64,000 bases of DNA from Ignavibacteriales bacterium (GTDB lineage Bacteria; Bacteroidota; Ignavibacteria; Ignavibacteriales; SURF-24). Below are positions 41,404-50,462 of the stretch, one piece after another. The notes beneath the pieces are model-generated. The model ran no database searches. It saw nothing but the letters and a program-made list of their open reading frames with translations, and was not told the DNA's origin. The position numbers and the translations under genes were made by a program. The first letter of the stretch is position 1. The number at the start of each line of letters is the position of its first letter. The stretch is taken from NCBI GenBank assembly GCA_036261625.1, contig DATAKL010000044.1, forward strand, positions 72,352-136,351, read 5' to 3'.

Positions 41404-44016
41404 ATGTCAACCCCCTTAATGTCGCAATACCATAAGATAAAGGAAAGTCATCCCGATACGATACTCCTCTTCAGGGTAGGTGATTTTTTTGAAACATTTG
41501 AAGAAGACGCAAAAATTGCTTCAAAAGTGCTTGGAATTACCCTGACTAAAAGGTCTAACGGCTCTTCCGGAGATACGCCGCTTGCGGGTTTCCCTTTTCA
41601 TGCATTGGACGCCTACCTGCCCAAACTGGTTAGAAGCGGCTACAGGGTTGCTGTATGCGAACAGATTGAAAACCCGAAGTTTGCAAAGGGAATTGTAAAA
41701 AGGGAAGTAATTGAAGTTGTTACGCCCGGCGTGGCGCTCTCGGATAAACTTCTGGATCATAAGAAAAATAACTATCTTGCCTCCTTATGCCTTAAGGATG
41801 GAATGGCAGGCATATCATTCTGCGACATATCGACGGGTGAGTTCTTTACATATGAAGTTTCCTCAGACAGCATACTAAGCCAGCTGGAGCTGATAAGTCC
41901 AGCGGAAATACTCGTTCAGAAGAAAGATAAAGAGGAGGTCCAGAGGCTAACCGAACGCTGGAACCAGTCTGTAAGGTTTACAAAGATGGACGACTGGATC
42001 TTTAACTTTGAGTACTGCCGCGATAACCTCTTAGGACATTTTAAGACCGTAAGCCTGAAGGGCTTTGGAATAGACCACCTTACCACAGGCATAATTGCAG
42101 CCGGCGTGATACTGCAGTACCTGCAGGATACGCAGAAGGTTAATCTTACACACTTAAGCAAAATCGCCAGGTACAACCCTTCAGAATATATGATGCTCGA
42201 TTCGGCAACTAAGAGGAATCTTGAGATCACATATACCATGAATGACGGGGCCCGCGAGGGATCCTTAATATCCATAATGGATAAGACTGAGACCGCAATG
42301 GGCGGCCGCATGCTGAAGAAATGGATATCGGCCCCATTAAGGAAGCTTGAACCCATTCTTCAGCGCCAGGAATGCATAGAGGAATTCTTCCAGAATAAAA
42401 ACTTAAGAAACAGTTTAACATCTGAACTAAAAGAAGTGGGGGACCTGGAGCGCCTCATTTCAAAAGTCTGCACCGGGAAAGCCAACCCGAGAGAAATTGT
42501 TGCACTTAAGAACTCGCTGAAGAAAATTCCTCTTATAAAGGATCTTCTTTCTGTGGCAGCTTCTCCTGTCTTAAGTAAAATATCCTCCCGCCTTGAAAGC
42601 CTGGAGAAAACAGTTTCCCTGGTGGAAGAGGCAATTTCAGAATATCCTCCTTTAGCTCTAAGCGACGGGGGCGTAATTGCATACGGGTTTAATCCCGAGT
42701 TAGATGAACTGCGGGACTTGTCCAAAAACGCAAAGAGCTGGATTGCTAACCTGCAGAAAAGTGAAAGGGAGAGAACCGGGATCTCATCACTAAAGGTTAG
42801 CTACAATAAGGTCTTCGGCTATTACATTGAAATCAGTAATGCCAACTTAAGCAAAATTCCCGATGACTACATCCGCAAACAGACGCTTGTAAACGGGGAG
42901 AGGTTTATTACGCCTGAACTTAAGACTTATGAGGACAAGATATTAAACGCTGAGGAGAAGATAGCCGACCTGGAGTATCAGCTTTTTAACGAAATCAGGC
43001 AGTCGGTTTCATTTCAGGCCGAAGCCATTCAGATGAATGCGCAGATGATTGCCATGCTCGACTGCTACTTGTCTTTTGCCGAGTGTGCCGTTCAGTATAA
43101 TTATGTAAAGCCCATGGTAAACGATTCCGAGGGTATCAGTATTTTAGAGGGGCGTCATCCGGTGGTGGAAAGAATACTTAAGCCGGGAGAAAAGTTTACC
43201 CCTAACAGCTACCACCTGGATAACGAGGACACACAGATAATTGTTCTGACCGGTCCCAATATGGCAGGCAAATCCGTATACTTAAGGCAGCTTGGGCTTA
43301 TTGTTCTTTTAGCCCAGGTGGGCTCTTTTGTGCCGGCTAAGGAAGCTTCAATCGGCCTTGTGGATAAAATATATACTCGCGTCGGGGCTAGCGACAACAT
43401 ATCGGCCGGCGAGAGCACATTCCTTGTTGAAATGCAGGAGGCTGCAAACATACTTAACAATGCAACCAGCAAAAGCCTTATTCTCTTAGATGAGATCGGG
43501 CGAGGCACGAGCACATTTGACGGAATTTCAATTGCATGGGCAATTACAGAATATCTTCATGAAAATCCGGACCTGTCGGCTAAAACGCTCTTTGCAACGC
43601 ATTATCATGAGCTGAATGAAATGGCTTCAATATTCCCAAGAATTAAAAATTTCAAGGTGGAGGTAAGGGAATATGGCGACAAGGTTATCTTCCTTCACAA
43701 GGTTACTCCCGGCGGGGCCGACCACAGCTACGGCATTCAGGTGGCTCAGATGGCAGGACTTCCGGAGTTTGTAACCAAAAGGGCCAAGGAGATACTTCAG
43801 AACCTGGAGGGCAAAGAACTCACCCCGATGGAAGTTAAGAAGGCACGCATGGCCAAAATGAAGGCTAAGGATGAGATGCAGTTCAGCTTGTTTGAAGTTA
43901 AAGACGATTCCATTCGTCAGGCCATTTCAGAAATGCAGATTGATAACATCACTCCCATCGAGGCCCTCAATAAGCTTAATGAGCTGAAAAGGAAAGTCCA
44001 GGGGAATGAAAATTAA
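41404..44016 (+). CDS. mutS: DNA mismatch repair protein MutS
   Basis: N-terminal TPLMSQY..K......LLFRVGDFFE, Walker A GPNMAGKS, STFLVEM, and DEIGRGTSTFDG. Confidence 0.95.
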   Translation: MSTPLMSQYHKIKESHPDTILLFRVGDFFETFEEDAKIASKVLGITLTKRSNGSSGDTPLAGFPFHALDAYLPKLVRSGYRVAVCEQIENPKFAKGIVKREVIEVVTPGVALSDKLLDHKKNNYLASLCLKDGMAGISFCDISTGEFFTYEVSSDSILSQLELISPAEILVQKKDKEEVQRLTERWNQSVRFTKMDDWIFNFEYCRDNLLGHFKTVSLKGFGIDHLTTGIIAAGVILQYLQDTQKVNLTHLSKIARYNPSEYMMLDSATKRNLEITYTMNDGAREGSLISIMDKTETAMGGRMLKKWISAPLRKLEPILQRQECIEEFFQNKNLRNSLTSELKEVGDLERLISKVCTGKANPREIVALKNSLKKIPLIKDLLSVAASPVLSKISSRLESLEKTVSLVEEAISEYPPLALSDGGVIAYGFNPELDELRDLSKNAKSWIANLQKSERERTGISSLKVSYNKVFGYYIEISNANLSKIPDDYIRKQTLVNGERFITPELKTYEDKILNAEEKIADLEYQLFNEIRQSVSFQAEAIQMNAQMIAMLDCYLSFAECAVQYNYVKPMVNDSEGISILEGRHPVVERILKPGEKFTPNSYHLDNEDTQIIVLTGPNMAGKSVYLRQLGLIVLLAQVGSFVPAKEASIGLVDKIYTRVGASDNISAGESTFLVEMQEAANILNNATSKSLILLDEIGRGTSTFDGISIAWAITEYLHENPDLSAKTLFATHYHELNEMASIFPRIKNFKVEVREYGDKVIFLHKVTPGGADHSYGIQVAQMAGLPEFVTKRAKEILQNLEGKELTPMEVKKARMAKMKAKDEMQFSLFEVKDDSIRQAISEMQIDNITPIEALNKLNELKRKVQGNEN

Positions 44017-44066
44017 AAATTAAAAATTAAAAATTAAAAAGTAAGACAATAAAAAAAGAAAATTAG

Positions 44067-44714
44067 ATGGCAAATAATTCTAAGCCAAAGTACCTTATTA
44101 TAGCAGCTGTGGTAATGGCAGCTATTGTTGTAATTTTCCTAAGTGGAGTATTTTCAAGGCATTATACTGCGGAAGAAAAGCAGTATATTGCGGAAATTGA
44201 AAAGCTTAGACAACAGAAGGATTACGAGATGCAGAGCGATCCGCAATCCCCGTTTAATTTCAAAGGAAAGATCCATTTTGAACCTTTGAAGTATTTTGAT
44301 GTGGATCCATCCTATGTCTTTAAGACGAAGCTCTTTGAGTACGGCAATAAAGATACCGTTACGGTCTATGGTACAAAAGGGGAGCCGAGGAAAGCCGTGA
44401 GGTTCGGCTATGTAAAGTTTAATTTTGACGGGAAAAATATAAAAATGAATGTCTACAAAGGCGTTACGCGTACGGGTCAGGAATACTACAGCATCTGGTT
44501 TACAGACCGTACGACAAACAATGAATCCTACGGCGTGGGCAGATATCTGGATTTTGAGAAAGTGGATAATCCGGATTATATTTATACAGTTGATTTCAAC
44601 CAGGCATATAATCCATATTGTGCATACAGCCCTAACTACAGCTGCGCAATTCCGACAAAAGATGACTATGTGGATATTGGAATAAAGGCCGGTGAAAAAA
44701 AGTTTCATAATTAA
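44067..44714 (+). CDS. DUF1684 domain-containing protein
   Basis: N-terminal TM anchor. DUF1684-like blocks DPQSPF, YGVGRYLDF, and DFNQAYNPYCAYSPNYSCAIP....V...IKAGEKKF. Confidence 0.7.
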   Translation: MANNSKPKYLIIAAVVMAAIVVIFLSGVFSRHYTAEEKQYIAEIEKLRQQKDYEMQSDPQSPFNFKGKIHFEPLKYFDVDPSYVFKTKLFEYGNKDTVTVYGTKGEPRKAVRFGYVKFNFDGKNIKMNVYKGVTRTGQEYYSIWFTDRTTNNESYGVGRYLDFEKVDNPDYIYTVDFNQAYNPYCAYSPNYSCAIPTKDDYVDIGIKAGEKKFHN

Positions 44715-44725
44715 GGGAGTCAGAA

Positions 44726-45739
44726 GTGGTAGTAGTCTTAGAAAAAAATGTATCAGATGAGCAAATAGAAGAGATCATCAGGCACCTGGTGGATTTTGGC
44801 TTTGATGTTCATAAATCAACCGGAGTTGAACAGATTGTGCTCGGTGCAATAGGGGTCAAACCCGATTTTGATATAAGAAAAGTAAAGGTTCTGGACGGCG
44901 TTCATGAAGTATATAGAATTACCGACCCGTTCAAGCTTGCCAGCCGCAGCTTTAAGAAAGAAAATACGGTAATAGATATAAACGGCGTTAAAATAGGCGG
45001 CAATGAGATAGTTGTTATGGCAGGTCCCTGTTCGGTTGAAAATGAGGATCAGATTTTCAGCCTGGCTGAAATTGTGGCAAAGAATGGCGGCAGGATCTTA
45101 AGAGGCGGCGCCTTTAAGCCGAGAACTTCCCCGTACTCATTTCAGGGACTTGGGGAAGAGGGCTTAAAGATGATGAGGCGGGCGGCAGATAAGAATAATC
45201 TCCTCGTAATAACAGAAGTAATGCAGATCGAGCAGATCGCTTTAATTGAAGAATATGCTGATATTCTTCAGGTAGGTGCCCGTAATATGCAGAACTACCC
45301 CTTCTTAAAGGAACTGGGCAAGTCCACCAAGCCGATAATGCTTAAAAGAGGTCTTGCTGCAACCATTGAAGAATGGATGATGTCGGCTGAATATATACTT
45401 GCCAGCGGCAATAAGGATGTAATCCTTTGTGAAAGAGGGATCAGGACATTTGAGACATATACAAGAAATACGTTTGATCTTTCTGCAATTCCTGTAGTTC
45501 ATAAAAGAAGCCATCTGCCTGTAGTTGCCGATCCTTCACACGCAACAGGATACAGGGACCAGGTAATCCCGATGGCAAGGGCCGCCGTGGCTGCCGGGGC
45601 TGACGCTCTGATGGTGGAAATTCATAACGATCCCGAAAAGGCACTTTCAGACGGCCCGCAGTCGCTATACCCCGAGCAGTACGAAAGAATGATGCTGGAA
45701 TGCAAGGCAATTGCTCAGGCCATCGGCAGAACCATATAG
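44726..45739 (+). CDS. aroF: 3-deoxy-7-phosphoheptulonate (DAHP) synthase, type I-beta with N-terminal regulatory domain
   Basis: About 338 aa, similar in size to the Thermotoga-type enzyme. N-terminal ferredoxin-like domain, then MAGPCSVE, LRGGAFKPRTSPYSFQG, LQVGARNMQN, KRG and DPSHATG motifs. GTG start with a GGGAG RBS. Confidence 0.88.
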   Translation: MVVVLEKNVSDEQIEEIIRHLVDFGFDVHKSTGVEQIVLGAIGVKPDFDIRKVKVLDGVHEVYRITDPFKLASRSFKKENTVIDINGVKIGGNEIVVMAGPCSVENEDQIFSLAEIVAKNGGRILRGGAFKPRTSPYSFQGLGEEGLKMMRRAADKNNLLVITEVMQIEQIALIEEYADILQVGARNMQNYPFLKELGKSTKPIMLKRGLAATIEEWMMSAEYILASGNKDVILCERGIRTFETYTRNTFDLSAIPVVHKRSHLPVVADPSHATGYRDQVIPMARAAVAAGADALMVEIHNDPEKALSDGPQSLYPEQYERMMLECKAIAQAIGRTI

Positions 45740-45789
45740 CACTTAAAAGGCAGCGTTAGATATTCATTAACTTTAAGAGTGGTAGAAAA

Positions 45790-46860
45790 CTGAATATTTC
45801 AATTTTAGGTCTCGGTTTAATTGGCGGATCAATTGCAAAAAACCTTAGCAGAAGCGCTCCTGAGGTCACTTTAAGCGCATGGGATATCGATGAGGTACTT
45901 AGTAAAGCACTTGAAGAGAAGGTTATAAGCAATAAACTGAAGTCTCTGGAAGATGCACTTTCAAGTGAAGTCATTTTCCTCTGCCTTCCTGTTGAAGAAT
46001 CGATAAGAGCCTTTGAAACGCTTGCCCCGAAGCTTAAAAGCGGCACTCTAATTACCGATGTATGCGGTGTGAAGGGAAGGTTTGAGGATCTCTGGAAAAC
46101 CTATAAAAGTCAGGGGATGTACATCGGCGGCCACCCGATGACGGGCAAGGAAAAAGGGGGCTTCATGAATTCCGATCCTCTGCTTTTTGAAAATGCCGTC
46201 TATATAGTTTCTCAAACAGGAAAGACCAGCCCGGGCATTAAGAAACTGCTGGAATTACTTTCCACATTGGGCGCCAGAGCGGTTTACCTGGATCCATACC
46301 TGCACGACAGGGTTGTAGCCAGCGTGAGTCATCTGCCGCAGCTTGCCTCAGTGGCCCTGGTAAATGCTGTAGCAAAGAATTCATCCGGAGTGGATAATCT
46401 GGATTTTGCCGCCGGGGGCTTCCGCGATATGACGCGCATCGCCTCAAGCAGCTTTAATATATGGAAGGATGTAGTAAGCCTTAATAAAAATGAGATAATT
46501 TCTGCGCTTGATCTTTTTATAGGTGAACTTGGCCGTTTGAAACAGGAGATCAGTGAGGGTAATTCCAAAGCCCTGGAAGATGCTTTCAACTCCGCCAGGG
46601 TGATGAGGGAGAGGATTCCTAAAGTAAACAAGGGATTCATAACCCCGCTTTTTTATATATCTGTCTTTATTAAAGATGAGCCGGGCTCCATCAGCCGGAT
46701 CTCTACGGCACTGTTCAAAGAGTCTATTAATATTAAGGATATAGAACTGCTCAAGTTTCGGGAAGGATCCGGGGGTACATTTCAGATGGCCTTCGAATCA
46801 GAAGCCGAAAGCCTCAGGGCAGGACAGATTCTTAAAAGTGCCGGGCTTGATGTTTACTAA
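45790..46860 (+). CDS. tyrA: Prephenate dehydrogenase with C-terminal ACT domain; start codon non-canonical or uncertain
   Basis: My own translation of 45790-46068, in the same frame as ORF 46069..46860, gives LNISILGLGLIGGSIAKNL...VIFLCLPV...LITDVCGVKG (the Rossmann N-terminus). It continues into GGHPMTGKE and a C-terminal ACT-like domain. The frame is open from 45760 but has no ATG/GTG/TTG before 46069. Confidence 0.8.
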   Translation: MNISILGLGLIGGSIAKNLSRSAPEVTLSAWDIDEVLSKALEEKVISNKLKSLEDALSSEVIFLCLPVEESIRAFETLAPKLKSGTLITDVCGVKGRFEDLWKTYKSQGMYIGGHPMTGKEKGGFMNSDPLLFENAVYIVSQTGKTSPGIKKLLELLSTLGARAVYLDPYLHDRVVASVSHLPQLASVALVNAVAKNSSGVDNLDFAAGGFRDMTRIASSSFNIWKDVVSLNKNEIISALDLFIGELGRLKQEISEGNSKALEDAFNSARVMRERIPKVNKGFITPLFYISVFIKDEPGSISRISTALFKESINIKDIELLKFREGSGGTFQMAFESEAESLRAGQILKSAGLDVY

Positions 46861-46908
46861 ACCTTTGCTTTAGCTAATATTTGTTTTTTAGCTGACACTT
46901 GTATCTAG

Positions 46909-47136
46909 CTAATATTTGTAATAGATCAGTTTCTTGATCGTCTCAAAACAAAGATCCGGGAACTCCTCTAAGAGCATTCCAAGGGCTGCATGGGTTGAGA
47001 CTTCCAGAGATTTCAGCTGACGGTACTTGGTTATTATCTGATACTCTCTGACTTTTTTCTTATTTAAGAGACCTTCTTTGCTTAATAATTCAAAAGTTTC
47101 TTTGCTGATAAGATCTTCTAAGGGGTTAATTGACAT
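46909..47136 (-). CDS. Hypothetical small protein (75 aa), possibly HTH-like
   Basis: Isolated minus-strand ORF between convergent and divergent neighbours. The C-terminal pattern (REYQIITKYRQLK..STHAALGMLLEEF......IKKLIY) loosely resembles small Mor/sigma-r4-like HTH proteins. This is weak evidence. Confidence 0.35.
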   Translation of the reverse strand: MSINPLEDLISKETFELLSKEGLLNKKKVREYQIITKYRQLKSLEVSTHAALGMLLEEFPDLCFETIKKLIYYKY

Positions 47137-47344
47137 TTTTTATCCTGCTGTTCCCGAATATTAATTTATTTTCTACATGATTATCGGCTTTTTTCAATTA
47201 TATTACACTGAAATTACAGGTATAAATTTTGGGATAATCAGAGTTTAAAGGAGCTATTTCCCCGATTTATTGCATTTTGGCATTATTTTGACTCTTATCA
47301 CTTGATTGATGCAAATCATTTTATATCTTTATTAGAGACTTTCT

Positions 47345-49027
47345 ATGATCCGTAACATTCTTATTTATCTGCTCAGAAAAGTTAAAATCCATATAAATTT
47401 AAGTTTTATCCTTCTGACAGTCCCTTTTTTTAATATAAATTCAGCTGAAAGTGTTTATATTCGTGTAAACCAGGTAGGCTTTCTTCCCGGGGAGATCAAG
47501 ACGGCTGTTGTAATGTCTGAGGGTGATATCTCAGGCAGTGAGTTCAGGCTTATTAAAAAAGATGACAAAAAGACTGTCTTTACAGGCCGGCTGCCCGCGG
47601 CTTTAAGAGGAGAAGGAAAGTTTAAGAACAACTGCATCATAGATTTTTCAGCCTTAAGAAAGCCGGGCAGATATATAATAGAGTGCAGAGGTGCCCGGTC
47701 GCATCCTTTTTCTGTAGGAAATGACATCTATAACGGCATTGCTGATTCACTCTTAATGTTCTTTAAGGTACAGAGATGCGGCTATACAGATCCTTTTCTG
47801 CACAAGGTCTGTCACATTGCCGATGCAACGGCTTTAATTCCCCGAGGGCAGAGGGCTAAACATGACGTTACAGGGGGATGGCACGATGCAGGGGATTACA
47901 TTAAATTCTTTAATACGACGGCTTTTTCAACTTATTTGCTCCTGTTTTCATATGAATTTGATCCCCTGAAGTTCAGTTTCGATACTAACGGCAACAATGT
48001 TCCCGACATACTGGAGGAAGCAAAAATCGGGCTGGACTGGCTTTTAAGAAGCCGCCTCGCGGCCGGTAGTTTTATTATCCAGGTGCAGGATCTAAGGGAT
48101 CACGACGAGGGCTGGCGTCTTCCTGAGGATGACAAACTCACTTTCGACCGTCCGGCCTTTACAGGCGGAGGAAAGAATAGTGCGGGAATATACAGCGCCG
48201 TTATGGCCCTGGCATACAGGATTTGGAAAGAAAGGCTCCATTATGATGAATTTGCTCTTCGATGCCTGAAGGAGGCCAGGACATGCTACTCTGAGGCCGA
48301 CAGGATGCCTGAGGTCGATCATAGCGGCACCGGGATGTACCTGGATTCAAAGTATGAAGGGAAAATGGCCCTCGGTGCAATTGAGCTCTACGAGAGTACA
48401 AAAGATGAAGGCTACTTAAAAGATGCCGCCAGTTTTGCTTCTAAAGCGCAGTCTGATTACTGGTGGAGCTGGGGCGATATGAACTCCATTGCAGATTTCA
48501 AAATTGCAAAGCACAGGCCCGAATTTAAAGACTATTTACTGAATAACCTGAAAAATTTTAATGATATAAAAAATAAAAATGTTTTCGGGGAGGCGGCCAA
48601 AAACACCTGGGGCTCTAATACGGCGCTTATGGGGGCAGCTCTGCAGGCAATATTATGGAAAAATCTTACAGGCTCGGGCAGTTTTGATTCTTTAATGGTT
48701 TTTGAGCGGGATTATATACTTGGAAAAAATCAGTGGGGAGTAAGTTTTATCTATAATATCGGCAGTGTATTTTCAAAAAACTTTCATTCACAGGTGGGAT
48801 TTTTAAGGAATGGATATCTGCCCGGAGCTGTGGCGGCAGGCCCGATAAGCAGGAAAAAACTTGAAACTTTTAAGGTAAGTTTCCCCGGCAGGGACCCATT
48901 GCGCGATTTTCAGACAGATTCAGCGGTTTATCAGGACTTAAAGGAGGATTATGTGACAAATGAGCCTTCGATCTCAACAAATGTCACCGCCTTGTTTTTA
49001 ATGGGGTATTTTGCCCAAAGGCATTAG
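47345..49027 (+). CDS. Glycoside hydrolase family 9 endoglucanase with N-terminal Ig-like (CelD_N) domain
   Basis: N-terminal signal/anchor. IRVNQVGFLPGEIKTAVV (Ig-like module typical of GH9). GH9 signature HDVTGGWHDAGDYIKF and C-terminal DYVTNEPSISTN. Confidence 0.85.
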   Translation: MIRNILIYLLRKVKIHINLSFILLTVPFFNINSAESVYIRVNQVGFLPGEIKTAVVMSEGDISGSEFRLIKKDDKKTVFTGRLPAALRGEGKFKNNCIIDFSALRKPGRYIIECRGARSHPFSVGNDIYNGIADSLLMFFKVQRCGYTDPFLHKVCHIADATALIPRGQRAKHDVTGGWHDAGDYIKFFNTTAFSTYLLLFSYEFDPLKFSFDTNGNNVPDILEEAKIGLDWLLRSRLAAGSFIIQVQDLRDHDEGWRLPEDDKLTFDRPAFTGGGKNSAGIYSAVMALAYRIWKERLHYDEFALRCLKEARTCYSEADRMPEVDHSGTGMYLDSKYEGKMALGAIELYESTKDEGYLKDAASFASKAQSDYWWSWGDMNSIADFKIAKHRPEFKDYLLNNLKNFNDIKNKNVFGEAAKNTWGSNTALMGAALQAILWKNLTGSGSFDSLMVFERDYILGKNQWGVSFIYNIGSVFSKNFHSQVGFLRNGYLPGAVAAGPISRKKLETFKVSFPGRDPLRDFQTDSAVYQDLKEDYVTNEPSISTNVTALFLMGYFAQRH

Positions 49028-49160
49028 TGTATTGGAATGGCACAGGAGGGAAATATTTCTCAAAATGAGACGCCCGGGAGTTGGCGATGATGTATTATGT
49101 TTAGAAACAGTGGCCTTTTAACGGCATAAAAATTGCATAAAATTAAAAAACGGGTAGAAT

Positions 49161-50462
49161 ATGAAAAGAAATATACAATTAGTACAAACGGGACTGCCCC
49201 TGATTGATCAGGCCTGGGGAGGATTTTACAAGGGGGGCACATATTTGCTTATAGGACCTAAAAAGTCCGGGCGCACACTTCTGGGTCTGCAGTATGCAAT
49301 GCAGTCTGCAAGGCAGAAGGAGGTCTGCTTGTATTTTACAAATATGAGACCCAAGGACCTTATGATTCATGCAGCCAGCATAGATTTTGACATTCAGACA
49401 TACATGAATCAGAATCTGATTGTTGTCGTGCGTGTGACCCCGCCGGTTGATCTCTACGACCTGCGTGATCCGGATGAATATCTCATTGAATATCTGAAAG
49501 ATATTGTTACAGTTGTTGAGCAGTTTGCTCCCAAGAGAATAATTTTTGATGAACTTACGCCATATATAGGCTTCAGCAACCTGAATCTGCTCAGGGAGTC
49601 TTTCCTTGAGACCCTGGAAAATATTGAGCAGAGAGATGTTACAAGTCTTTTTACAATCGGAGAGCCTGCAACGCCGGTTGCCCAGTCAATTGTTGATGAG
49701 CTTGTTCAGCATGTGACGGCTACAATTTACCTTCAGAAAAAGACTCTTTCCGGCGATTTTAAGCCGCAAACAGGCAAGATGACGATTACCCCAAATATCG
49801 GGCACACAGAAGGGCAGTTTACTGCTAACTATTCAATTGAGCCTTATAAGGGGATAGTTACAGATTTTAAGCCCGCGTTTCCGCAGGCTGATTCTCAGGC
49901 TTCACCTTCTTCGGAACTTCTAAGGGCGCCTCAGCAGCAGCAGCAGATTCCTGAGAGCCGCTACCAGTCGCTCTCAAGCATTGAAACGTTCCAGGAGCCC
50001 TATTCGTTTTCAAATTTTTACGAGTACAACGATTTCCTTTTACTTTTGAATAATCAGATCGCATTATACAAAAGCACGGGACAGATATTTTCCCTTGTCT
50101 CATTTAAGCTTGATACTGCGGCCGAGCGCGAGCGTCTGCTTACAATAAATCAGCTCCAGAATGCAGTCCGCCTTGCAACTGACAGGAAGGACAAAATCTG
50201 CGTTTATGATAATAAGGTAATCGTACTTTTAATACGCAGTGATGCTAAAAGCCTTGCGGGACTGGTTTCAAAGATTCAGGCCAATTTGCCAAGCAGCGAT
50301 CCTAATTATATAAAAACTGTACTGCAGTACATTTCAGTTTTATCTGTTGAAGTTGATGAACAGGTTGAAAATGCAGAATCGATTATGAAGTATGTTCTTG
50401 GTGAAGAATTCCGCAGCGATAAAAATAGTGACTCATTTAACAGGTATAACCCGAATTACTGA
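49161..50462 (+). CDS. Cytosolic protein: degenerate RecA/KaiC-like ATPase domain + Q/P/S-rich linker + degenerate GGDEF-like domain
   Basis: N-terminus follows the KaiC/RadA pattern (VQTGLPLIDQAWGGFYKGGTYLLIGPKKSGRTLLGLQY...RIIFDEL...VTSLFT). Walker A is GPKKSGRT (Lys to Arg). The linker contains PQQQQQIP. The C-terminus follows the GGDEF-fold pattern (FSLVSFKLD...LQNAVRLATDRKDKICVYDNKVIVLLIRSD), with VYDNK in place of GGDEF/GGEEF. Confidence 0.6.
   Translation: MKRNIQLVQTGLPLIDQAWGGFYKGGTYLLIGPKKSGRTLLGLQYAMQSARQKEVCLYFTNMRPKDLMIHAASIDFDIQTYMNQNLIVVVRVTPPVDLYDLRDPDEYLIEYLKDIVTVVEQFAPKRIIFDELTPYIGFSNLNLLRESFLETLENIEQRDVTSLFTIGEPATPVAQSIVDELVQHVTATIYLQKKTLSGDFKPQTGKMTITPNIGHTEGQFTANYSIEPYKGIVTDFKPAFPQADSQASPSSELLRAPQQQQQIPESRYQSLSSIETFQEPYSFSNFYEYNDFLLLLNNQIALYKSTGQIFSLVSFKLDTAAERERLLTINQLQNAVRLATDRKDKICVYDNKVIVLLIRSDAKSLAGLVSKIQANLPSSDPNYIKTVLQYISVLSVEVDEQVENAESIMKYVLGEEFRSDKNSDSFNRYNPNY

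Noticed and set aside
44154-44708. A 184-aa minus-strand ORF almost exactly co-extensive with the DUF1684 gene. Similar long antisense ORFs lie at 24518-25039 (in mreB), 33575-34087, 19722-20195, 58097-58669 and 59491-59991.
   Set aside because: The opposite strand carries strongly recognisable conserved proteins in each case. The antisense translations are I/F/C/R/S-rich with no recognisable motifs, no RBS and no family resemblance. These are typical shadow ORFs.
45756-46046. A 96-aa minus-strand ORF in the apparent gap between the DAHP synthase gene and ORF 46069.
   Set aside because: The plus strand here encodes the GLGLIGGS Rossmann N-terminus of prephenate dehydrogenase, in frame with ORF 46069..46860. 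The minus ORF is its shadow.
46871-46919. A 14-bp direct repeat TAGCTAATATTTGT (46871-46884 and 46906-46919) between the convergent tyrA and the 75-aa ORF.
   Set aside because: It is short and AT-rich, with only two copies. The second copy overlaps the 3' codons of a doubtful small ORF. That is insufficient to claim a function.
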